Shown here piece after piece: positions 15,691 through 22,657 of a stretch of DNA of 22,657 bases. The notes below the pieces were generated by a model that worked only from the letters and a program-made list of their open reading frames with translations, made no database searches and had not been told where the DNA came from. Position 1 is the first letter of the stretch, and each line of letters opens with the position of its first letter. Origin of the DNA: Conexivisphaerales archaeon. GTDB lineage: Archaea; Thermoproteota; Nitrososphaeria; Conexivisphaerales; DTJL01. Both the position numbers and the translations under genes were made by a program. The stretch lies in assembly GCA_049509455.1 (NCBI GenBank), contig JBEKZX010000023.1:1-22657 (forward strand). The letters run 5' to 3'.

Positions 15691-17307
15691 ATGCCATCGG
15701 TGAAGAATGTCGTAAAGCCGAACTTCTACAGGGATTCTCTGCAGCTGATGCAGCTCTCCGAGGACGCGAAGAAGCTCCCCGGCGTTAAGGACGCAGCCGT
15801 CGTCATGGGCACCTCCACCAACAAAGAGCTCCTGGAGCGGCTGGGCCTCCTTGCCAAGGAAGGAAGGGAGGCTTCCGAGAGCGACATCCTCATCGCCGTC
15901 CAAGCAGAAGACGCTGGTCGCCTCGACGGGATCATCAAGGAGGTCGAAGAAATCCTCACCAGGCCGGTTGCCGCGAAGGCAGAGGCCTTCAGCAACATCG
16001 ACGACGCCATGAGCGCCATGCCTGAGGCCAACCTGGCAGTGGTATCGATCCCCGGCGAGTACGCCAGGAACGTCGTGAAGAGATTCCTCGACAGGGGAAT
16101 CCATGTTCATCTCTTCAGCGACCACGTCTCACATGAGGACGAGGCCTTCCTGAAGAAGTACGCCAGCGAAAGGAGGCTCTTCGTGCTGGGGCCCGGCGCC
16201 GGCACCTCCATCATCGGAGGCAAGGCGATAGCGTTCGCCAACGTCGTCAGGAGAGGGAACGTGGGGATTGCCGCGGCCGCTGGAACCGGTCTCCAGGAAG
16301 TCAGCGTCTTGATCAGCCGGGCCGGAGGAGGCGTCTCTGAAGGCCTGGGAATCGGCGGAGGGGATGTGAAGTCCTACGTCGGAGGGATAATGGCCGTGGA
16401 CGCCGTAAAGGCGCTCGAAGCCGACCCGGAGACGAAGGTTGTGTGCCTCGTCAGCAAGCCGCCGAGCCCTGATACTCTCGCCAAGCTCATGTCTTTCGTC
16501 GAGAGCCAGACCAAAAAGAAGTTCGTCATATGCTTCCTCGGGACGAAAAAGTATGAAGTCAGCGAGGCGCAGAAGGACCGGATTTTCTCGACAAAGTCCC
16601 TTCATGTGGCTTCAGCCCAGGCGCTGAGGTTCGCCGATGGGGAGGATGCAGAGGCGATGATCTCCAAGATCTCGATGTCGCGGGACGAGGTCGAAAGGCT
16701 GGCGGCGAAGATCGCGGCGCCGCTCAGGCTCGAGCAGAAGTACGTCCGCGGCCTCTATACCGGCGGGACCCTGACGTTTGAGTCAATGTTGCTGTTCACC
16801 GAACTCTTCGGCGGCATCCACTCCAACGCCCCGCTGGACGAGAGGCTCAAGCTGGCCGACAGTTACAAGAGCGAAGGCCATACCCTGGTGGACCTGGGCG
16901 AAGAAGAGTTCACCTCAGGGCGCGCCCATCCTATGATCGACCCCACGGTGAGGAAGCTCCGTCTGGTCGACGAGGCTAGGGACGGGTCGGTCGCCGTCAT
17001 CATCATGGACGTAGTACTGGGCTACGGATCCAATCGTGACCCCGCGGGCGCGATGATATCCTCCATAAGGGAGGCCAAAGCCATCGCCAGGGCCAAAGGT
17101 AGAGAACTCCCCATTCTTGCCCATGTCTGCGGGACCGACCAAGACCCACAACCACTGAAGGAGCAGGAGGAGAAGCTGGTCAAAGAGGGCGTGGTCGTGC
17201 TCCCTTCCAACGCCCTGATGGCCGTCGTCGCCGGCCTGGCCGCATCCAGGGGCAATGTGAAGGAAGACGTCAAGAGACTGATACTGAAGGAGTACCTGGG
17301 AGTCTAG
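15691..17307 (+). CDS. fdrA: FdrA/AllF/YahF-family acyl-CoA synthetase-like protein
   Basis: YRDSLQLM N-terminus, HLFSDHV, GPGAGTSII, AAAGTGLQEV, GLYTGGTL, GRAHPMIDP and DVVLGYGS motifs. The track's ATG 15652 overlaps the TTTAAA box (15647-15652), so ATG 15691 is preferred. Confidence 0.92.
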   Translation: MPSVKNVVKPNFYRDSLQLMQLSEDAKKLPGVKDAAVVMGTSTNKELLERLGLLAKEGREASESDILIAVQAEDAGRLDGIIKEVEEILTRPVAAKAEAFSNIDDAMSAMPEANLAVVSIPGEYARNVVKRFLDRGIHVHLFSDHVSHEDEAFLKKYASERRLFVLGPGAGTSIIGGKAIAFANVVRRGNVGIAAAAGTGLQEVSVLISRAGGGVSEGLGIGGGDVKSYVGGIMAVDAVKALEADPETKVVCLVSKPPSPDTLAKLMSFVESQTKKKFVICFLGTKKYEVSEAQKDRIFSTKSLHVASAQALRFADGEDAEAMISKISMSRDEVERLAAKIAAPLRLEQKYVRGLYTGGTLTFESMLLFTELFGGIHSNAPLDERLKLADSYKSEGHTLVDLGEEEFTSGRAHPMIDPTVRKLRLVDEARDGSVAVIIMDVVLGYGSNRDPAGAMISSIREAKAIARAKGRELPILAHVCGTDQDPQPLKEQEEKLVKEGVVVLPSNALMAVVAGLAASRGNVKEDVKRLILKEYLGV

Positions 17308-17317
17308 AGTGATTAAG

Positions 17318-17491
17318 ATGTCAGAGGGCGCCAAGAAGCTGTTCCGATCGGAGCTCAAGGTGATCAACGTCGGCCTAGAGATCTTCCGCGACGACCTGGC
17401 TTCTCAATCGGTCAAGGTGGTCCAAGTGAATTTCACACCGCCCGCCAAGATTGAGAAGGAGTATGAAGACATCCTTTCGAAGCTGATGTAG
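17318..17491 (+). CDS. Stand-alone small FdrA/YahG-associated module, about 57 aa
   Basis: LKVINVGLEIFRDDLASQSVKVVQVNFTPPA matches the VINxGL..F..EL......V....W.P module recalled at the C-terminus of E. coli FdrA and the N-terminus of YahG. GAGTGAT SD-like motif before ATG 17318 (alternative GTG at 17309). Confidence 0.8.
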   Translation: MSEGAKKLFRSELKVINVGLEIFRDDLASQSVKVVQVNFTPPAKIEKEYEDILSKLM

Positions 17492-17560
17492 GTCGTGCTC
17501 TGACGAGTCGATCTGCCGACGCGGGGCGTTCAGACTCCGTCCTTAAGCTTCAAGAATACG

Positions 17561-17599
17561 AAAAAAGTTTCGGGGCGCGCGAGATCGCTCCCGCGCGCC
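17561..17599 (-). terminator. Hairpin plus T6 tract between convergent operons
   Basis: GGCGCGCG (17574-17581) pairs with CGCGCGCC (17592-17599). A6 at 17561-17566 gives a U-tract downstream of the 2Fe-2S gene on the minus strand. Confidence 0.6.
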
Positions 17600-17609
17600 T
17601 TTGGCGGAC

Positions 17610-18089
17610 CTACTTCTTGTAGTACTTCCGCGCATCCTTCACGGCTTCGACTATCTGGTAGTACGTCCCGCAGCGGCAGATGCACCCGCTCAGGTACTCC
17701 TTGATCTCTTCGTCTGTGGCATCGGGGTTCGTCTCCAGGAGGTGGTGCGCCGTCACGACAAACGCGGGTGTGCAGAAACCGCACTGTAGAGCACCGTGGT
17801 CGACGAACGACTTCTGCAGGGGCGACAACAGCTCCTCACCCGCGAGGCCCTCGGCTGTGACTATGTCGCTGCCGTCAGCGTCCACCGCCAACACCAAGCA
17901 CGTCTTGACAGGCTTGTTGTTGACGAGCGCGGTGCAGAGGCCGCATTCTCCTCTCCAGCAGGCAGCCTTGACGCTCTTGACTCCCATCCTGTCTCGCAGG
18001 ACGTCCAGGAGGAGCTCGTTGTCCTCGACGGTCGCCGTCCTCTTCGTGCCGTTGACCGTGTATGAAACCTTGTGTGTCAAAACCATCAC
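17610..18089 (-). CDS. Xanthine dehydrogenase/CoxS-family (2Fe-2S) small subunit
   Basis: CWRGECGLC-x11-C and QCGFCTP...CRC motifs. GTG 18089 or ATG 18086, coupled to the FAD subunit stop. Confidence 0.93.
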   Translation of the reverse strand: MMVLTHKVSYTVNGTKRTATVEDNELLLDVLRDRMGVKSVKAACWRGECGLCTALVNNKPVKTCLVLAVDADGSDIVTAEGLAGEELLSPLQKSFVDHGALQCGFCTPAFVVTAHHLLETNPDATDEEIKEYLSGCICRCGTYYQIVEAVKDARKYYKK

Positions 18090-18967
18090 GCCTCCAATAT
18101 CTCCTTCAGGACTGCCGCCGTCTGCACTTTCACCAGATGTTTCCGATACTCCGCGGTTCCAAGCACGTCGGTGACGGTCTCCACGGTCGCGTCCACCACT
18201 TTCAACGCCTCGCCTATGAGCTCTCCCACGGGCTTGTCCTGCCTGAAGACTTCTTCAGCTTGGAAAGCCTCGATGGGCATCAGGTTGATGGCCCCATAGG
18301 CCAACTTGACTCTCCTCCGGGCTGGGTCATTCCTGTTGACGACGAGGGCGCCAACGCTGGCGATGCTGAACTCCGTCCCCTTTGAGAACTTCAGGTAGTG
18401 GCTCACCGTGCCCGGCGCGGGCTCTGGGACGTGAACGGACCTGGCCAGCTCGTTAGGCTGCAACACGGTCTCCGCCGTGCCGATGATGAAGTCCTTGACC
18501 TTCACCCTCCTTTCGCCCTTCAGGGAGGAGATCACGACCTCCGCGTCGAAGAGGATCAGAGGAGGAGGGCCGTCAATCCACGGTATCGCTTCGCAGAGGT
18601 CGCCCAATAGCGTGGAGCGGTTCCTAAGGTTGGGGTCGCTGAGGTTCTTCACTGCGTCGTAGAGCGCAGTGTACTTCTCCTTCAGGAGTGGAAGTGCGAG
18701 CAGCTCGGAAAGGGTTACAGCCGCACCTATGCTCAGGCCCTTCCCCCTTTCGGCCGACAGCTCGCGGAGCTCGGGTATCCCCTTTATATCGAGGACGTAC
18801 TTGCAGTCGATGAGGCGCTCCTTCATGAATGCCAGGAGGCCCACGCCTCCCGCCATGACCTTGGTGTCCTCTCCCTTCCCGTCGAGGAACTCCAAGGCCT
18901 CCTTGAGCGTCTTGGGCTTCACATACTCGAACTCCGGAACAGTGAAGTATGGTGACCCGAAGCTCAA
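18086..18967 (-). CDS. Xanthine dehydrogenase/CoxM-family FAD-binding medium subunit
   Basis: FEYVKPKTLKEAL, AGG loop, GLSIGAAVT and RNRSTLLGD motifs; the TTG start overlaps the large-subunit stop as TTGA. Confidence 0.92.
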   Translation of the reverse strand: MSFGSPYFTVPEFEYVKPKTLKEALEFLDGKGEDTKVMAGGVGLLAFMKERLIDCKYVLDIKGIPELRELSAERGKGLSIGAAVTLSELLALPLLKEKYTALYDAVKNLSDPNLRNRSTLLGDLCEAIPWIDGPPPLILFDAEVVISSLKGERRVKVKDFIIGTAETVLQPNELARSVHVPEPAPGTVSHYLKFSKGTEFSIASVGALVVNRNDPARRRVKLAYGAINLMPIEAFQAEEVFRQDKPVGELIGEALKVVDATVETVTDVLGTAEYRKHLVKVQTAAVLKEILEA

Positions 18968-21357
18968 GATGACACCCCCTTTGCCTTGTACGAAAGGAAC
19001 TTCTCCGTGGCATCCTTGATTAGTTCAGGCCTCTGAGCCTTAATCGCCTGCCAGACGTTCTCTGGGTTCATCGGAAGGGTCTCCATCCTGACGCCTATCG
19101 AGCCGAAGATGGCGTTTGCGATGGCCGGCGCTGTTGCGATCATAACCATCTCACCTATACCGCGGGCTCCCAGGGGTCCATCTGACTGCGGCGTCTCGAC
19201 GCAGTGCTTGTCGATCGTGTCGGCGATATCCTTGCATCGTGGGACGTAATAGTTCGTGAAGTTGGGGTTCATCACCCATCCCTGCTCGTCGAACTTCAGG
19301 CCTTCGTAGAGGGCCGCACCCTGCCCCATTATGAAGCCCCCGTCCATCTGCTCGTCCAACATAAGCTTGTTGATGACCCTTCCCACGTCGTAGACCTGCA
19401 CCCCCTTCAGGATGCGGATTTCACCCGTCAACAGGTCCAGCTCGATCTCCACCCCCGTTCCTCCGAACGTATGGAAGATCGTGGGGACGCCCTGCCCGGT
19501 GTCGGGGTCAAGGTAGGAGTTCAGAATCGACATGAAGGTGCCCTTCCCGACGATGGGCCCTCCGATGGCGTTGCCGTTGGGGTAGGTGTAGCCAAGCACG
19601 AAGTCACTGAGAGGAGCGCTGATCCATGGCCTGCCGCGGACGAACACCTTGCCGTCTCCGAACATGACGTCGTCGGCGGGGACCCGGAACACCTGGAGAG
19701 CGACGTCGGTGATCTGCCTCTTGGCGTCCTTTATCGCGTTCAGAAGGGAGTTGGCGTCAGTGAAAAGCCCCCTGCTCCCCACCGTCTGCCAAGTATACGG
19801 CACATTGTCCGTGCTGCGCAGGTTAGAAATCCTCACCTTCTCCAGCGGGAGGCCGAACTCCTCGGCCGCTATCATGCACAGAGAGGTGGTGGTTCCCTGC
19901 CCGAAGCTGCCCGTCCCCACCATGATATCTATGCTTGTGTCCTCGTTGAACTTGAGTAGAGCCGAAGCGGCCGCGTTAGGAGGCTGCGAAGGCCCCTTCA
20001 GGCTCAATGCGAAGCCCTTTGCCCTGACCTTCCAGGGCTCCTTGGGCTGCTCCTCCTTGTCGAAGTACTTTAGGCCGTCCACCACGGTCCTCAGAACCTT
20101 CTCGGGGTCGCCCGCATCCAGCCTGATCTTCTCGCCGGTGGCAGTCGTCGACTCTCCTGGCTTCGCGATGTTGAGAAGTCTCATCCTGAACGGGTCGAGG
20201 CCCAGTTTCTTGGCGGCGTGGTCGATGATCTGCTCCAGCGCCCAGTGGCTCTCAGGATAGCCGAAGCCCCTCATCGCCGTGGTGCAGACCTTGTTCGTGT
20301 ACACTGCCAGCGAGAGGATGTGGACGTTGTGGATCTCGTAAGACCCTTCGCCAGAGTACCCGGCCGTCCTCGAAACGTTCACCGTGTAGTCCGCGTAACC
20401 ACCGGCGTCCATGACGAACTTGGCGTCGTAAGCCGTGATGGTGCCGTCCTTCTTGAAACCCGCCTTCACATGTGCATAGAAGGCCTCCCTGACGGCGGCT
20501 GAGACGAACTGATCGCGCCTGGAGAGGACGAGCTTGACCGGCCTGTTCCCCGCTTTCTTCGACAGCATGGCGACAAGAGCCTCCCACCCAAGACCCGCCT
20601 TCCCACCGAAGCCGCCACCAACGAACGGTATGCGGATTATGATGTTGTTGACAGGGATGCCAAGAGAAAGGGCCATGAGGTATCTAGTGGCGAAGGCCGA
20701 CTGGGCGCTCGTCCAGACCTCTATGGTGCCGTCCTTGTGGTAGTCCGCGATGACCACCTGGGTCTCCATGAATCCGTGGCTGACATAGGGCATCTTGAAG
20801 TCCTCCTCCAAGACGAGGTCGGCCTCCTTGAAGCCCACGCCGACGTCCCCATGCTTGAGTTCGAAGCTGTTGGCGATGTTCGTCCCGGGGAGAGGCTTGA
20901 AGGCGGGCGAGATCCGGTATTCGCCCAGCTTCTCGTGGAGCAGGGTGGCGTTGGGCTTCAACGCTTCCTCCACCGTGAAGACTGTGGGAAGGAGTTCGTA
21001 TTCCACGTCGACCTTCTCCGCCGCCTCCTCGGCCGATCGCATGGATTCGGCTATCACGGCGGCCACCGGATGCCCGACCCACCTGACCTTGTCGATGGCA
21101 AGGATGTCCCTGTCCCCTACGTAGATGCCAAGCCTGAAGGGGAAGTCCTGGCCGGTGGCTATGGCCACCACCCCAGGTACCTTCGACGCTTCAGAAGTGT
21201 CGATTTTCACGATCTTGGCGTGCGCGACATTGCTAACGACGAGTTTCGCGTAAAGCATCCCGGGCAGCTCCATGTCGAAGGTGTAGACGGCCGTGCCGGT
21301 CACCTTGAGATGGGAGTCAAGCTGCGGAATGGGTTTACCTATGTATCTCGCTGTCAA
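18964..21357 (-). CDS. Xanthine dehydrogenase-family molybdopterin-binding large subunit
   Basis: KVTGTAVYTFD, GGGFGGK, AMRGFG, GQGTTT, TVGSRG, QMDGG and GARGIGE motifs. TTTTTATT box at 21397-21404. Confidence 0.94.
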   Translation of the reverse strand: MTARYIGKPIPQLDSHLKVTGTAVYTFDMELPGMLYAKLVVSNVAHAKIVKIDTSEASKVPGVVAIATGQDFPFRLGIYVGDRDILAIDKVRWVGHPVAAVIAESMRSAEEAAEKVDVEYELLPTVFTVEEALKPNATLLHEKLGEYRISPAFKPLPGTNIANSFELKHGDVGVGFKEADLVLEEDFKMPYVSHGFMETQVVIADYHKDGTIEVWTSAQSAFATRYLMALSLGIPVNNIIIRIPFVGGGFGGKAGLGWEALVAMLSKKAGNRPVKLVLSRRDQFVSAAVREAFYAHVKAGFKKDGTITAYDAKFVMDAGGYADYTVNVSRTAGYSGEGSYEIHNVHILSLAVYTNKVCTTAMRGFGYPESHWALEQIIDHAAKKLGLDPFRMRLLNIAKPGESTTATGEKIRLDAGDPEKVLRTVVDGLKYFDKEEQPKEPWKVRAKGFALSLKGPSQPPNAAASALLKFNEDTSIDIMVGTGSFGQGTTTSLCMIAAEEFGLPLEKVRISNLRSTDNVPYTWQTVGSRGLFTDANSLLNAIKDAKRQITDVALQVFRVPADDVMFGDGKVFVRGRPWISAPLSDFVLGYTYPNGNAIGGPIVGKGTFMSILNSYLDPDTGQGVPTIFHTFGGTGVEIELDLLTGEIRILKGVQVYDVGRVINKLMLDEQMDGGFIMGQGAALYEGLKFDEQGWVMNPNFTNYYVPRCKDIADTIDKHCVETPQSDGPLGARGIGEMVMIATAPAIANAIFGSIGVRMETLPMNPENVWQAIKAQRPELIKDATEKFLSYKAKGVSS

Positions 21358-21505
21358 AAACTTCGCCTAGACTTGGAATGAAACAGTCGCAAACAGAATA
21401 AAAACGTATCGTCCGGGAATGGGTTACGAAGTCAACCGAAGCGAAAACGGGACAAAGCAGTCCGTCTCCCGCGGGGGCTCATGATGATACGCGCCAAGGA
21501 GTTTC

Positions 21506-21943
21506 CTATGAGAGCTTGGTCTGGACGCAGGTAAAGATCTGGTCCACCATCTTCTTCGCGGCACCTTCCACCATCGGAGCGGCGAGGCTGCCTAGAGGGC
21601 CGCTGACCTTGGCCTCGGAAGAGTAATCGATCTGAGACCCACCGGCAGCTGCATCCTTGAGGTCGATCAGGACGTCCGCGTTGAAAGCGCTGGCGGCCCC
21701 CGAGCCTGATATCAATAGCTTAGCATGGTAGTTGACCTTGTCGTTCTCAGCAATCACGCAAGTCACGGCGAACGTACCTCTGATGAAGCCAACGCCGGCC
21801 TTGATTCGGGCCTTTATAGTGTTGCCCTCAATGTGGCTCTCTTGCAGGCCAGGCAGGCACGTCACGATCCTCTCAGGGGTGGAAACGAATTCCCAAGTCT
21901 TGTCCTTGTCCGACGGAACGATGAAACTGCCCTTGATCTGCAT
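21506..21943 (-). CDS. coxG: CoxG/SRPBCC-family protein
   Basis: MQIKGSFIVP...WEFVSTPERIVTCLPG...VGFIRG...VSGPLGSL pattern. The real start is ATG 21943, with CTTAAA at 21978-21983; the track's extension to 22033 crosses the promoter. Confidence 0.88.
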   Translation of the reverse strand: MQIKGSFIVPSDKDKTWEFVSTPERIVTCLPGLQESHIEGNTIKARIKAGVGFIRGTFAVTCVIAENDKVNYHAKLLISGSGAASAFNADVLIDLKDAAAGGSQIDYSSEAKVSGPLGSLAAPMVEGAAKKMVDQIFTCVQTKLS

Positions 21944-22020
21944 GAGATATCGGTCTCTCGAGAGAAATATTTCTGTATTTAAGCCTTCCCGCGACCTGAA
22001 GCGGGGAGAGCGTCTCGCAC

Positions 22021-22071
22021 CTAGGGGGGTCAAGAAAGCCCCTAGCTGACGAATTCAGAAACGAGAAAAAA
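22021..22071 (-). terminator. Oligo-T tract and hairpin downstream of the cyclase gene
   Basis: A6 at 22066-22071 (T6 on the minus strand) about 10 nt after the stop, followed by a CTAGGGG/CCCCTAG stem at 22021-22045. Confidence 0.45.
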
Positions 22072-22081
22072 CCGATGTAGT

Positions 22082-22657
22082 CTACTTGCTGTAGTCGAAG
22101 GCAACTACTCTTGCGAAGGCAGCCTCTCCGCCCTTGAACAGGAAGGGGAAGCAGCCGATGGTAGTACGGACTGCCTTCTTTCCACCCAAGACTTCCTCTA
22201 TCTGGCCTCCCAGGTTCTCCATATGTATGCAGTCCCGCGGGAACAGGATGTTGTGTGTCACCTGGTAGTCCTCCGGAGGGAAGAGCTTGGCCAGGTTCTG
22301 CTCGCCGAACTTCGCTGCGGCAGCCGCCCTGACCTTATCGCTCACTCTTGGCAGGAACCTTCCAATCGGGAGGTTCATCGGGTGGTCAGACGACACGGCG
22401 TCCAGTCCCCAGATGTGTATCTTCTTCCTGAGGAGGTATTCGCAGAAGGCCCTCGTCGGGCCGGGGTGCATGTGGATGTAGCGCTCTTCGTCAGCTGTGC
22501 CTTCGGGCTTCGGCTTCTGATACCAGGCGTACTTGCTCCAACCGGTGTACAGAACAAGGATGTCGCCATCCTTGACTCCACCGGCCGCCTTGGCGTTCTT
22601 CTCGACGATTTCCTCGGTGTAGATTCCGAGGTCACCCACTTCGCTGACGTCGACGAT
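22082..22657 (-). CDS. Cyclase family (kynurenine formamidase-like) metal-dependent amidohydrolase, 5'-partial
   Basis: The frame is open to the window edge (IVDVSEVGDLG...). GDILVLYTGW, HPGP, GLDAVSSDHP, H..L, IHMENL and FPF..KGGEAAFARVVA motifs. Confidence 0.88.
   Translation of the reverse strand: MVDVSEVGDLGIYTEEIVEKNAKAAGGVKDGDILVLYTGWSKYAWYQKPKPEGTADEERYIHMHPGPTRAFCEYLLRKKIHIWGLDAVSSDHPMNLPIGRFLPRVSDKVRAAAAAKFGEQNLAKLFPPEDYQVTHNILFPRDCIHMENLGGQIEEVLGGKKAVRTTIGCFPFLFKGGEAAFARVVAFDYSK

Noticed and set aside
18964-21357. Aerobic carbon monoxide dehydrogenase call
   Set aside because: The active-site loop is AMRGFG, not AYxCSFR or AYxGAGR.

Overview
GC-rich, archaeal-type DNA: TATA boxes lie about 25-35 nt before first genes, internal genes have GGTGAT-type Shine-Dalgarno motifs, and many starts are TTG/GTG. 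A TACK-type lineage is plausible but is inference only. From left to right: (1) a minus-strand operon of a compact, apparently hinge-less SMC5/6-like ATPase, a ScpA-like kleisin and a probable KITE (ScpB/Nse3-like) subunit that runs off the window; (2) a patchwork zone (about 2.85-5.9 kb) with a truncated tyrosine-recombinase-like ORF, a 47-aa ORF missing from the ORF track, a PfkB kinase, an orphan gene, and a dense, orientation-polarised and partly 10-bp-phased GGTCGG/CCGACC motif array; (3) metabolic genes: frameshifted EamA/DMT transporter, LutB-like plus CCG-domain Fe-S pair, nucleotidyltransferase, GNAT-like protein and a three-gene methylmalonyl-CoA mutase/epimerase operon; (4) a probable N-heterocycle catabolic island with FdrA, DUF1116 and DUF2877 (AllFGH/YahFGE-like) genes, a stand-alone ~57-aa FdrA/YahG module, a xanthine-dehydrogenase-family Mo hydroxylase (L/M/S; not a true CO dehydrogenase by motif), CoxG and a cyclase-family hydrolase that runs off the right edge. 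No rRNA, tRNA or CRISPR array was seen. All family calls come from motif recognition by eye, without database searches. The best candidates for something new are the SMC5/6-like SMC-kleisin-KITE operon, the AllFGH-like plus Mo-hydroxylase plus cyclase island, and the GGTCGG array with its orphan gene.
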